Shown here: positions 11,660-24,943 of the stretch, piece after piece
How positions within the stretch are numbered: position 1 is the stretch's first letter
Layout: every line of letters starts with the position of its first letter
Source of the DNA: Octopus vulgaris
Taxonomy: Eukaryota
Assembly (NCBI GenBank): GCA_951406725.2
Contig: OX597828.1
Span: 40,858,001-40,922,000, forward strand
Direction: 5' to 3'
Length of the DNA stretch: 64,000 nt
The notes under the pieces: generated by a model
What the model saw: only the letters and a program-made list of their open reading frames with translations
Told to the model about the DNA's origin: nothing
Databases searched by the model: none
Translations under genes and position numbers: made by a program

Positions 11660-12392
11660 CATCCCCGGAACGCATTAGAAAGTTCCTTTGGATTGTTCCA
11701 GGAAATCCCCCTGACTTTTCCAGGAAGTCAACATCCCCGGACATTTCCAGGATCTCCCCCCATGGATCTTTCAGGAAACCACATCCTCGGAATTTCCAGG
11801 AAATCCCACTCCCTCGGAATTTCAATGACGTAGCCTTCCACGGAATTTCCAAGGGGTCCCCAACTTTTCCCGAAATGCCCTCATCTTCATATCTTTCCAT
11901 GAAGTACCCAATCCTTGGAACCTTCCAGGAAATCCACCGAACTTTCTAGAAAGTCCTCAGAACTTTCCAGAAAGTATATCATCCTCGGAACTTTCCAGGA
12001 GGTGCCTCATCCTCGGAACTTCCCAGGAAACCATTGGAACTTTCCAGGGGTCCCATCCACGGAATTTTCCAGGAAGTCCCGTCATCGGTTTTTCCGAGGA
12101 AGTGCTTTATCCTTGAAACTTTCCAGGAAATCCCCTCCTCGGAACTTTCCAGGAAGTGCATCACCTCGGAACTTTCCAGGAAGTCCTTGGAACTTCCCAA
12201 GAAGTCCCCCGGAAGTTTATATAAAGTGCCTCATCCTCGGAATTTCCAGGAAATCCTCGTAAGTTTCTAGGATGTCCCTCCTCGGAACTTTCCAGGAAAT
12301 CCCACCTTCGGAAATCTCCAGGAAGTGTCCGTTCCTTGGAACTTTCCAGGAAGTGCCTCATCCTCGGAACTTTCCAGGAAATCCTCGGAAGT
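11660..12392. repeat. GC-richer degenerate minisatellite with core CCTCGGAACTTTCCAGGAA(G/A)T
   Basis: More than 20 copies of the GGAACTTTCCAGGAA-like core with variable linkers. Confidence 0.9.
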
Positions 12393-13221
12393 GAATTTAG
12401 ATGCTTTAGGTAGGGGCAAAATACAATGCACAGTTCAAGATTTGAACTTAAAAACTATGCAGTCAGTAACCCTGTGCCATAACCTAACCTAATAGCCCTT
12501 TCAGATATTGTTTGTTTCAAATTGTAGGTTTAATAACAAAACTTTGTTCAATGAAAATATTTTGGTTTTAAGAATTTTAAAATTTCCCAATCTGTAAGAG
12601 AAAGAAAAAAAAAGAACTGTAAAGAAAACAATTAAAAACATGTAAAATAAAGAAAAGATGTTTAAGTAAATATTTAAATAAAATTTAAATAAAAATTGCC
12701 ATTTCTGAATAGAAGAATATTGGAAAATTTATACGAATAAGGTGATATGTTGCAGAAAAATATTATTGATTGGAAAGAACAGAGAGAAGAGCTGCTACTT
12801 AATGGTTGATGCCAATGGGATATTTGCACATGCTATCTGTGCAATTTTACTTCAGAAAAACAACTGCAAGAACAACAATGAAAACTACATAGAAGTATTT
12901 CTGTTTCAGGAGGTAAAAAAAAAAAAAAATGAAGCCGCCTAACTGTCTCCAGAAAATCTTATGTTGTGAGTTAAGTTATACATACAGCCATTGCATGTAT
13001 GTGTGTGTGTGTGTGTATGTGTGTAGACCCACATGTATTTCGGTTTCTTCTGCATTTATGATTGTCAGAATAAGGCTTATAGAATCAAAATAAAGTACTC
13101 GATATTTCAAGAAAGAGAGTGCGGTGTGGTGTGTGTATGTGTCTATGTTTATGTGTATGTTTGTATGTGTGTGGTTATATATATGTATATGAATATATGT
13201 ATGTATGTATGTATGCATGTG

Positions 13222-13278
<57 letters not shown>

Positions 13279-13279
13279 C

Positions 13280-13353
<74 letters not shown>

Positions 13354-13776
13354 GTATGTATGTATATAGTGAATCCAAACAAAAAAGAAACATGAAAAAA
13401 CAACGTGCAGACAAGTAATGTATTATCAGACACTCAGTGTATATATGTGTGTGTGTGTATATATATAATTTGGTGATGCTCCCTCTGCATATACATACTT
13501 ACACACACACACATACATATATATCTCAGATACATGCATGTATCTATATATATATATACATGCATATATGTGTGTGTGTTTGTATTCATACACACATATG
13601 CACACCTATCAATATCCATATCTATCTGTCTACCCATATAATTGTATGTGTGTGAGGTATGTAAGTAGATCATGTGTCACATTCAAGAAGACTAAGATAT
13701 AAAAAAAAAGTACTCGGTACAAGGAAGTGTAGAGCAAATAAAATTGTCCATAAGCAAATACCTTACTGTAAACACA

Positions 13777-14098
13777 TCCTGTGACCTCTTCAGCAACTCT
13801 CCATTCCATGTTCCTCTTCCCATTCTGTTTAGTCCATTCTGCTTTTCTGTGTATCCTTATCTGCACAGTGTTTGCATCTGTATCTGTGTGTGTGTATGTG
13901 TGTGCACGTGCATGTGTGTACTTGCATATATGTGGGCTTGCTTACTGAAAATTGTGCATGCACACACACACACACACACACAACACACATACAGATGCAA
14001 ACATATGTGTAGATAAGGATACACAGAAAGTTGGAATGGATGGAACAGAACAGGAGGAGACACATGGGATGGAGAGCCGTTGAAGAGGTCACAGGAGG
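13777..14098. repeat. Diverged inverted repeat (~115-bp arms around a (TG)n/(CA)n centre)
   Basis: TCCTGTGACCTCTTCA...CTGTGTATCCTTATCT versus AGATAAGGATACACAG...TGAAGAGGTCACAGGA. Confidence 0.8.
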
Positions 14099-14168
14099 TA
14101 TGATGAAAGATTTCAGACAAAGGACACTAAAATAAGAGGATGTGTGTGTGTGTGTGTCTAAATGTCTG

Positions 14169-14201
<33 letters not shown>

Positions 14202-15579
14202 GTGTATGTGAAGAAATCAGTGCATATGTTAACTCTTTGATAGTACTTCAGTGTGCTATAGAATCCGTTCATTATTTTATGTGTGTAACATATGCAACAT
14301 ATATGTTTATGGATGTGTGTGAGTGTGTATGTGTGAGTGTGTATGTGTGTGTGTATATGTGTGTGTGTGTGTATGTATTTATAATATAAGTACCAACATG
14401 CACACGTCCACACACATGCATATACATTGCCTGTAATTTCATGTGTTTGTTTAATCTCATCTGATGAAAGCTTTCAAGCTTATCACTTTTATTGTTGACA
14501 ATTCACTTGTATTAATCAATTTATCCTCTTGTATTCATCATGAAATATACAACTTAACGAACATTCTCTCCATTCAGAATGAAGAACGATGAGAACTCGT
14601 TAGCTTTGCCAGCTATTATTTTATTTACTCTCCTTCAGTAGAACCTTTTAGTTAGATGATGCTGTTGTTGTTGCTGTTGTTGTTGTTGTTGTTGTTGTTG
14701 TTTTTGCTGTAGCTATTGTTGCTGTTCTTCTTCTTACTGTTGTTGTTGTTGTTGTTGTTGCTGGTCTTGTTCTTGTTGCTATTGTCATTGCTGCTATTGT
14801 TGTTGATGTTGTTGTTACTGCTGCTGCTGCTGTTATTGTTGTTTTTGTTTAGCTCTGTCAGCTCTGAACAAACCCATGACCAGAGAGAGGTATTCAATCA
14901 TAATCCAAGTCAACAATGTGTTTTTCAAGATGGTATGAGGCAATCAGAAGAAGATTCAACTGCTATTTCTAGTAGTTCAAGCACCCACTTAGAGGACACC
15001 CCCCCCCATCCCCGGCAGCTATTGATGGGGTTATTTTTAACACCAGGCCAGCTTTGATCAAACACTAGTCAATCACAACTATTCTACCTTATATTCAGAC
15101 ATAGTGTATCTAGGACTACTTGATCCTAAGTGACCTTTTTGTATAACAATTGGGAATGATTTGAAGGAGATTTAACTAATGTTGTGGCTTTACTCTTTGT
15201 TTGTGTATTCATTCATCTGTTTGTTGTTTTGTTAGGCTATCCTTTTACCCAGTGGCAGACTAGCCAGGTTCCCAGATTTCCTAATGGCAAGTGGGCCCCT
15301 GTGCCTTTAGAATCCATATATGGGGGCCCGTGTTAGTATCTAAGGGGCCCATCCCCTCAAGTTTGAGTATTCTTTATTCACTTCTGGAGGAATGCATTAA
15401 TTATTTCAGCCTAGCTGTGTTTGTAGACGGTTGAAAAGAATACTTTTAACAAAAAATAAAAAAATAAATGATAGCATTGTAGTTGTGGGTGGACCCCCTT
15501 AGTCTCCTTTTTTTTTTCTGCCTTTAACCCTCCAATGAGGAGTATAGGCCACTTATAATTGAATTCCATGTCACATAAT

Positions 15580-16025
15580 TTTTGGCTTCTATACTTATAC
15601 TCTGCCATGAATGTCCCCCTTTCTCTAGTTCCTTTTGTGTTGATCTACGCCATGTGTTCTTAGGCCTACCTTTCTTTCTATATCCATTCGGATTCTACTG
15701 CCAAGCACTTTTCACTACATTTGGTGTGTCTTTTCTAATTGTGCTACCAATCCACTTCCACTTTTTCTTAAATATTTGCTCTCTAATCGAAACTTGATTT
15801 GCTCTTTGCCATAGCTCCATATTGCTTATGTGTTCGGGCATCTAATTTTAAGTATACTACGCAAGCATCTATTGATGAATGATTGTATTTGCTTATTTGA
15901 CTTAACTGTTCACCATGTCTCAGCCCCATACAATAACACTGCTTTTATGTTAGTGTTAAAAATTCTTATTTTGTTCTTTATTGAAATTACACTTGCGCTC
16001 CATACTTTTTTTAACAATATTTTTA
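15580..16025 (-). pseudogene. Degenerate RTE LINE ORF2 C-terminal fragment
   Basis: Minus-strand translation gives LYGAETW and NPNGYRKKGRPKNTWRRS, typical of RTE C-termini; stop codons present. Confidence 0.7.
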
Positions 16026-16643
16026 GACCCAGTCTGCCACTTCTTATACTCATCACTTACATTCACATAACGGCAAAGATCTACTCACCAGATTATAAAC
16101 ATATTGCATCACATACACCAACACTTTGTGTATGTTCTCTGCTGTTTTTCATCATCATCGTTTAACGTCTGCTTTCCATGGGTTGGACGGTTCAACTGGG
16201 GTCTGGGAAGCCCGAAGGCTGCACCAGGCCAGTCAGATCTGGCGGTGTTTCTACAGCTGGATGCTCTTCCTAACGCCAACCACTCCGTGAGTGTAGTGGG
16301 TGCTTTTTATGTGCCACCGACACAGGTGCCAGACGAGGCTGGCGAACGGCCACGCTCGGATGGTGCTTTTTACGTGCCACTGGCACGGAGGCCAGGCGAG
16401 GCTGGCTTTGAAATCGTCCTCTGAAGAGGGAGCTGGTTTCTAACAGAGATACAAAGCTCCATCATTCGAATGTAGATAACAAAAACAATGTCACATTTTA
16501 AACTTGAGAAAAGTCTTGCATATTTTTACTGTTCCACTTACAGGTTCTATTTGTAATGTGTGTGTCATCTGGTTTGCTTTTTCTAAAATTTCTAGCTTAT
16601 CCTGGTTATTACTTGATGTTTTACTCACAAAACCAAATGCTCT

Positions 16644-16806
16644 GAAGACAGGTGGTGTAGACAACAATCAGATGTATTAGTATAATGCTTGGGAAGTGAA
16701 AAAGTCTTTAACATTTCGAGCTTACGCTCCTCCACAGAAAGGAACACAGAAAGAAACAGGGAGAGGAAATAAAGAATGTGTAGTGGCTAGCAATCTATCA
16801 TGGTGA
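16644..16806 (-). mobile_element. Diverged 3'-end remnant of the Penelope-like family, including its minimal hammerhead (16705-16742)
   Basis: Aligns by eye with 28935-29115: GTCTTTAACATTTCGAGCTTACGCTCCTCCACAGAAAG versus GTCTTTAACGTTTCGAGCCTACGCTCTTCAACAGAAAG. Confidence 0.75.
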
Positions 16807-17094
16807 ATATATATATGTGTGTGTGTGTGTATATATATTGTAAAAAGCACCATTTGAGTGTGGCTGATGCCTGTAGAGCCTGACTGGCCCTCGTGACGGT
16901 GGCACGTAAAAGCACCTACTACATTCTTGGAGTGGTTGGTGTTAGGAAGGGCATCCAGCTTTAGAAACTTTGCCAGATCAGATTGGAGTCTGGTACAGCC
17001 TTCTGGCTCACCAGCCCTCAGTCAAACTGTCCAACCCATGCCAGCATGGAAAACGGATGTTAAACGATAATGATGATGATGATATATCTATATG

Positions 17095-17765
17095 TCACCT
17101 TGATCACCTTGACCGAACAGTCCATCAGGCATCCATTTGACACCGCTGGTCACAGCACACTGTCCACTCCTCTCTGGATCGCGCCTTTCTCATCCACATG
17201 ATCCCAATCGTCCTCCTGAAATTGCAACTCCACCGTCGTGGAGGTCTTCTGGGTGGTCTTTTCCGCTCACGCGGGTACCACTCTACAACTGCGTGCATCC
17301 ACCAATTATCGGTGAGCCGGGCGACGTGTCCAGCTCATCTATACTTGCTGTGTGTATACTCTGCGATGACATCTCTCACGCTGGACTTCTTTCTGATGAT
17401 CTTGCTACTTATGTGCTCTCTCAATGAGATACCAAGCATTGACCTTTCCATGGCTCTTTGAGCTGTTACCAGTCTTTGCTCTTCTCTCTTTGTGGTAGCC
17501 CATGTTTCACTACCATATAACATTGAAGGCAGAACTGCACTGTTAATGAGGTTGGTGCAGGTGGTCCTGTCCAACCTTCCCTTGAGCACATCCCTTATGC
17601 CATTGAACGCCTTCCATCCGGCCCTTACTCTCCGTGAGATCTCCTTTTCGATATCTCGGCACATATTTACTTCTTGTCCCAGGTAGACATATTCCCTCAC
17701 CTCCTCTATTTCATCACTGCCGATCACCATTCGACCTGTTGGTATGTTGTCTGACCGCATGAACT
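17095..17765 (-). pseudogene. 5'-truncated RTE-clade LINE (ORF2 C-terminus plus 3' UTR)
   Basis: EYVYLGQ...EISRRVRAGWKAF...MLYGSETWA...AQRAMERSMLG, in-frame stop, then AGHVAR...WYPRERKRPPRRP; tail (TCAAGGTGA)2. Confidence 0.9.
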
Positions 17766-17775
17766 TATATACATA

Positions 17776-17812
<37 letters not shown>

Positions 17813-17820
<8 letters not shown>

Positions 17821-18330
17821 AAGTTATTTTATTCCACATGGGTAGAAATATAGGAAAAAGCCTTAATCAGTTTCACAGTTTATACGGATTTTCAAACTGT
17901 TCAAATAGAAAGACGTGGCTTGTGTTGCAGCTGTCTTGCTCCTGAATAGTGTTTGAAGCTTGCCCTATTTTTATAGGGAGTTCATCGCTGAAATTATAAT
18001 ATATATTTTGAATAGGATTTGATTGGTAGAGGATAGTCACCACTGGTCTTAGAAATTTTTGTAGTTTCCTCGCTACGTCCGTCCGTTCCTGTGTTAGTGT
18101 CAAGTGACAGTGTTTGGCATTGTAAGTTAAGGCTGACTCGGTTGACTGAATGTGTCCAAACAATCAATGCTCCGAATGTTTTCTGTCAAGTGTTTGTAGT
18201 GAATGAACACATGATTAAGTTTATAACGTTTATACGTTTCCTGTTACGTCTGTGCGTTAGTGTTACGTGATGGTATATTTTGTGCTTAAAAAGAAGGCGA
18301 ACATGGTTTTCAACTTCTACTTTTCATATA
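17813..18330 (-). mobile_element. Unclassified insert between (TA)n tracts with a degenerate hammerhead-like fold near its end (17860-17914)
   Basis: Minus strand: GTCTTT-CTATTTGA-ACAGTTT(loop)AAACTGT-GAAAC-TGATT-AAGGC; the catalytic core deviates from CUGANGA. Confidence 0.35.
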
Positions 18331-19195
18331 TATATACCAGGCATTATCCACGTTACTGTGCTTTTGTCACTGGATCTATGTCAGGAATTCCTAGACACAC
18401 GTTGGGTATATTTTAAATGATTGATATGGAAGATGGAGTGTAACTAAAAGCTTTATTCTGATCAAAAATCATTTCAGCTTCCTTCATTTCAGCAATGCAT
18501 CTGATGTCATTACATCATTCTCCACCGACTAAGGAGCAGTGCAGAAGACAGCCAAAATGATTGTTGTGCTACATAAAACTTCTACATTTCATTATATTGG
18601 CTATAAGGCCTTACACAGAGAAAGGAAGCTACCAAATCCACTCACAAGGCTTTGGTTGGTCCGAGGCTATAGTAGAAGACACTTGTCCTAGGTACCAGAA
18701 CCATGTGGTTGGTAAGCAAGCTACTTACCAAGCTACATAAATAGACAATGGAATCTGGTGTGGCTTCTGGCTTGCCAGTTCCTGTCAAACCATCCCATCC
18801 ATGCCAGTATAGAAGATATATGTTTGATGATGATGAGGATAATGATGATGATTGTTATAATGTGAGATCCTCATCCACAGGTATGTTGTTGTCAGCACTA
18901 ATATTCTTGCTGCCACTATTATGTTGTGGCGGTATTCCACGTCTTATCTTTGACTTGTCTGTCATGCTATTGGTGATAGCTCCGCAAGACAACGACTTTG
19001 AAATATCTACCTTGACAGTAACTCGAACTCACATAACAGACACTGACTCCAGCTGAGAACTCATGCAACGACTCTTCTACTACTGACTTCCCACAACAAT
19101 TGACTGTCTGACTTTATAGTGGCTGGTTCATACCACTTTGTCACGTAGGAAGGAGTATACCATTTTTCTACAACAATAATGATGTTGATGATGGT

Positions 19196-19230
<35 letters not shown>

Positions 19231-20077
19231 CACTATTGAGCAGACTATCAACAATGTTATATACCGCTGGTCACAATGTCTTCCTTGCATTATTATAGCT
19301 TTTGAACAATGCCACCCCACTGGCTAGGTTGGGCTGGCCAACATTGCCTCTGAATGGAATGCCATTCCATTATAATGTTAACCATTTACAGTTGCTGAAT
19401 GGACTGGAGGAATGTGAAACAAAGTGTGTCAATCAAGAACACAATACAACACACTGCCAGTCTGGGAGTTGGAACCACGATCTTTCAATTGTGAGTTGAG
19501 TGCAACGCCCTAATCACTAGGTCACACACTTTCTCAAACACACACACATATGTATATGTATGCATGTAAGTGTTCACACACTTACACACATCCTTGCATA
19601 TATATTATAATTCAACTGACTGACTTTGATGGAGAAAGAGGATGAAGGGGATGATGAACGTAGCGCAATGGGGAAGCGAGCTTGTTTCTATAAATAAATG
19701 GGAATCTTCGATAAGTGATTGTTATCCAGCTAAAATGTCAGTAACAATTGGAAGCTTCGGTAACTAATTTTTACTGTTACACTCATTTGGTTTCTTTTCT
19801 TTTCTTTTTCTTTGTTTTTTTTTTGTTTTTTGTTTGTTAATGCTTGTTTCACTTAACATGCATGCGTGCATGTTGCAGTTCGCTGATTGGTTGGTTAGTT
19901 GGTTGTTTCAGCAGCTCTGCTGAACCGATGGATAATTACATTTTACATATCCACACACACACACACACACATTTATATCCATACATATAAATATATATTG
20001 TGTATATGTATGTATATATATGTATATACATATATATACACATATATATACTTATATATATAATATGCATGTATATA

Positions 20078-20137
<60 letters not shown>

Positions 20138-20151
20138 GATATACATGTGTG

Positions 20152-20196
<45 letters not shown>

Positions 20197-20369
20197 GCAT
20201 ATTATATATCTAATGTATCTATCTCTCTCTTTATATATATATATATATAGTTATATATATCCACACATATGTATTGTGCGTCTGAATGTGTTTGAGTCTC
20301 TACAATGTGTGTTAGGATCTTTGGAAAGACACATTACAGCTGTTCTTCTTTAAACTGTACAGATGATGA

Positions 20370-20404
<35 letters not shown>

Positions 20405-20611
20405 TTACTAACCTTTACCCTTGACCAACCAGTCTTATATATCTAGGACTATAATATCATTATGTGGTAGGAAGTGGTGGTGGTTAACATCTTAATTAAA
20501 AATATGATTAAGGAAAAGTAGATGTTGTGACACTAATGCTTTTCTCAAAGAAATTTATATGACATGATATTCAGCTGCATTTCTTAAATTACTTTCTCCA
20601 ATTTTTGTGTT

Positions 20612-20662
20612 TCATCACTGTCGTCGTTGTCGTTGTTGTCGTCACCATCATCATCATCATCG

Positions 20663-20711
<49 letters not shown>

Positions 20712-20837
20712 TCATCATCATCATCATCGTCATCATCATCATCATCATCATCGTCATCCATCATCATCGTCATCCATCATCATCGTCATCGTCATCATCA
20801 TCGTCATCATCATCGTCATCATCATCATCATCATCAT
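20612..20837. repeat. Long (ATC)n/(GTC)n microsatellite
   Basis: Direct reading. Confidence 0.95.
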
Positions 20838-20841
20838 TTAA

Positions 20842-21143
20842 CCCTTTTATTACTGTATTTATTTTGAGATGCTCTGCATTTCTTTCAATTACTTTAAATA
20901 TAACAAACATCATCATCATCATCATCTTCATCATCGTTTAACGTCCGTTTTCCATACTAGCATGGGTTGGACCATGGGGGGGGGGGAAACAATTTAGTAA
21001 AATAACTTGGTTATCATTAAGCTAGTGTTAGGAACATAAATTGTGACTAAGGTTTGGTGGAAGATTTTAATTCGAAACTTATGAAAACAAGAGATTTGTA
21101 CTCAGAGCCAGAGCCGGTTTTAGCCAGGTTGGTATCAAAAAGG
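20842..21143 (-). mobile_element. piggyBac-type MITE family E, interrupted by a family B fragment
   Basis: TTAA flanks; reverse homolog of 4659-4878. Confidence 0.75.
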
Positions 21144-21611
21144 TTAATGTCTGTTTTGCAAGCTGGGTTGATCGATTTAACAGGATCTGGCAAGCTGCAA
21201 GGGTGTGCCAAGCTGCAGTGTCAGCTTTGGTACATTTTCTATGTCTGAATGCCCTTCCTTAATATCAACTGGATGGGGTTTTTTTTGTATGTGTATGTGC
21301 TGGATATTTTTTCTCATTTATGTTTTATACCAGATATGAGCAACCTGTGTTTGGGAAACAGGCTGCATTAGACTTGGCTCATCAGCATTACTAAAAAAAA
21401 AATTCAAGGTCATTTTTTTATATTAAGTCTGCCATGGTCTACAGTTTGCTCATAACTAATTCAAACTTTGTTTAAACCCATGACAACAGTTTTTTTATCA
21501 GGCAGCATGCACTGTTTATTTATATAAACTGTCACTGGGCGGAACACTCCTGTGGTATTACTGTGGAAATAAAATCACTAGACAGTGTTAGAAGAATTTG
21601 CTGAACATGTA

Positions 21612-21760
21612 CGAATTTACATTATTTACATTTGACGGATATTTGTCCACATCTCTGTTGTTAACACGTTTTGGCTGATATACCCTCCAGCCTTCATCAG
21701 GTGTCTTGGGGAAATTTCGAACCTGGGTTCTCATTCCTAAGGTTTTTTCCAATGTTATTA
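21612..21760 (-). mobile_element. Hammerhead-bearing 3' tail of the SINE-like element at 61262-61620
   Basis: Minus strand GACAC-CTGATGA-A-GGCTG GAGGGTATAT CAGCC-AAAAC-GTGTT (21663-21705); homologous to 61475-61620. Confidence 0.7.
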
Positions 21761-21831
21761 TTATTACAATTATTATTATTGTTGTTGTTGTTGTTGTTAT
21801 TATTATTAATTATTATTATTATTATTATTAT

Positions 21832-22389
21832 TGAGTGAGAGAGCAGTGCATGCCATCAAAGTGACACTGGGGTAAAATATACGAAGCCCAATATACCCAT
21901 CATGACTACCTGTCTGATAAAGGTACACCAGGCACATGCATCACAACCATATGTGCGCGACATGGTGATCTCATATCAAGATAAACAGCACATGACCTTG
22001 CAGGTGGGGCCCAGTTAGAATTTTCTTCAGGTTGAGTAGCCCATCCCGCTCAAAAGGTCCCTGAATAAGGGTTGTTTAAGGATGTTGAAAGAACCACCCA
22101 TGTTTCCAGAGGTGAATTATTCAAACCCCAAAGAATCCCTCTCAACACATGGCTATGATGCTCCCCTGCTACTTCTGCTCGTGATCAGAGATGCACATAT
22201 CGTCAGCCACTAAGGGACATGCTCAACTGGTTAAGGTCAAACAACTGACAAGCAAATCTGTGGTATTGAGCAGAATATTTGCTGTAGCCCATCTTTTATA
22301 CCAAGACAAAACAATGTACATAATAACACTTCCAATCAGTTAAGATCAGAAGCCATGAGAGCCACTGCCTGGTACTGCATCAGGGCATT
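21832..22389. mobile_element. Unclassified ~560-bp non-coding insert inside (TTA)n
   Basis: Complex sequence flanked on both sides by (TTA)n; no ORF. Confidence 0.5.
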
Positions 22390-22416
22390 TATTATTATTA
22401 TTATTATTATTATTAT

Positions 22417-22485
22417 ATGGCGTAGTGGTTAAGAGCACGGGCTACTAACCCCAAGATTCCGAGTTCAATTCCAGGCAGTGACCTA
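22417..22485 (+). mobile_element. tRNA-like SINE head followed by (AAT)n
   Basis: TGGCGTAGTGGTTAAGAGC (A box)...GAGTTCAATTCC (B box); same head as at 61262-61327. Confidence 0.7.
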
Positions 22486-23783
22486 AATAATAATAATATC
22501 ATTGGCACTTATCAAATACGAATTTGGCCATTGTCACTCTATAACTTCTTCCTATTATTAATGTGTGTGTGTGTGTGTGTGTATCTCATTGTTTTCTCAA
22601 TGGACCCGGAAGTTGTTGCTCACGAACAGCAACAGTAATTTTCTTCAGCTGAATACATATCATTGATTGGTTAAAATTACCCAAATACGACAACTTTAAC
22701 ATGAAATAATTTCTAAAATACAAAATTTTATCAAAAACATTAAGAGTAAACTCTGTTCTATGTGACACATTCTACCAGTACCCGAAGTTTCAAAGTGTTC
22801 AATTAAAAAAAAAATCAATTAAAAAATCTGGCCGTCAAATTGAATAGATCCCATGCTTGTCATCATCATCTACAACATTGACATCATCAGTCATCCCCAT
22901 CATGCATCCAGTTTCGATGCTAGTATATATTTCTTTACTGCCCACAAGGGGTTAAACATAGAGGGGACAAACAAGGACTGACAAAGGGATTAAGTTGATT
23001 ACATCGACCCCAGTGCGTAACTGGTACTTTATTTATCGACCCTGAAAGGATGAAAGGCAAAGTCGACCTCGGCGGAGTTGGAAGGATCATCTTGCTGTGA
23101 GTCAGTGCTTAGACAGAGTTATTGCCCTTCCTTTATGGACCAGGCATCACATCTTTCTTACACATTCCCTTTTTGGCATGGTTTCTATAGCTTGATGCTC
23201 TTCCTAACATCAACCACTTTACCGAGTGTAGTGAAAGCATTTTACCTTGGCACCAACACCAAAGAGGTTGTCATTTCTTCAAGTATAGAAAATTCTCCTG
23301 ACCCTACTTTGTCTCTGTTTGTCAATTTACAGGCTACTGAGTGTATAGTCTTTAAAAAAAATGGTTGGGCAGGAAATATTGGATAATGTAATCTGAAAAG
23401 ACTGGATTGTCATGGCTAGAATACCTTTTGGCCTAGGGTTAATCAACAACTGGTTCTCATATTGTGTTGAAAATTCTGGTAGACTTTAGAATAGAGAGGG
23501 GATAAAGCTGCCATATTTTCCAGCATACAAGTTGAATTTTTCAGACCAAAATTTACAGTGAAAGCGAAGGTCAACTTATATACTAATATGAATGTAGATG
23601 TAAAAAAATTCCATGTGAAATGTGGCAGGATTTGGAAAGATAGCGAAAGCACTGAATGTTTGCTGTATATGTTTACACTATATGCTTTGACAACTTCTAT
23701 GTCAGAAAATATGGTAAAGACACTGAAATCTCTAGGCTGATGCTGTAACCATTTCTGCCATCCACCCATCTCTCTTTCATATG

Positions 23784-23840
<57 letters not shown>

Positions 23841-23841
<1 letters not shown>

Positions 23842-24943
23842 CACCATAGGACTGCAAAAATATCTACTTCAGAAGGAAGGAAAACTGATCCAGATAGCGG
23901 CAAAACACGAGCAAAACAAAAAACTGTTCTCAGTATTTAAGGAAGCTGACAAATACAAACAAGAAATCATACCACCTAATAAACACGAAGAAGAAGAAGA
24001 AGATGAAGAAACAACAAAAGCTATAAAACAAATGAAATCCAAACTAAAAATAGAACAGCAACGAACCATGATAAAACGATGGCAAGAAAAGCCCCTTCAT
24101 GGTAAATACTGGACTAAACTAAACGCAAAAGAAATAGACAAAGAAAAATCCCAGCAATGGTTGAGAAGCTCAGGACTCAAAGCAGAAACAGAGGGATTTT
24201 TAATTGCAGCACAAGACCAAAGCCTCCCCACCAGAAATTACCAAAAACATGTAATGAAAAGAAATATTACAAGTAACTGCAGAATATGTGGAGATGGACA
24301 AGAAACAATAAATCATATTATCTCTAGCTGCCCAGTCTTGGCTAAGAAGGAATATATTCACAGACATGACAGAGTTGGAACCTACATACATTGGAAGCTA
24401 TGCCAACATTATGGAATAACAACAGAAAAAAGATGGTATAGGCACACACCAGAAAAGGTCACAGAAAACGAGAAAACAACCATACTCTGGGATATGCCGA
24501 TACACACAGATAGAGAAATTAAGGCCAACAGACCAGATATAGTTGTCAGAGATCATGAAGAAAAAAATGCTTTCTAATTGATGTATCAATACCGGCTGAT
24601 GACAACGTGTCTCTAAAAGAAATGGAGAAACTCTCAAAATACAAAGACCTGGAAATAGAGGTAACTAGAATGTGGAATCTGAAAACAGAAACAATTCCTA
24701 TCATAGTAGGTGCATTAGGCATGATAAAAAAATATTCAGACAAATACATAACAAAAACACCAGGACTTACAAACACATATAACATACAGAAAATTGCACT
24801 ACTAGGCACTGCACACATCCTACGCAGAACACTTTCCATACAATAACCATCAGAGCATCACAACAAATCACAGCACGTACCCAAGGCACACAGAGCTGCG
24901 CTCGGTAGTGAAGTGAAAGCACGCTATAAAAATAAAACTACTG
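23841..24943 (+). mobile_element. 5'-truncated Dong/R4-clade RLE non-LTR retrotransposon inserted in (AAT)n
   Basis: WQEKPLHG, ETEGFLIAAQDQSL, CCHC knuckle CRICGDGQETINHIISSC, RHD, RLE motif RPDIVV..IDVSIP..EKLSKY, PIIVGALG; frameshift in the A-run at ~24565; (AAT)n on both flanks. Confidence 0.92.

Noticed and set aside
11660-12392. CRISPR-like repeat/spacer appearance
   Set aside because: Linkers are short, variable in length and similar to one another; no cas genes; eukaryotic context
14455-14600. CTGATGA hammerhead half-core
   Set aside because: Could not build helix II-GAAA-helix III-NUH around it
22417-22485. Functional tRNA gene
   Set aside because: A and B boxes are present but there is no complete acceptor stem; it recurs as a repeat head, as do the other tRNA-like SINE heads
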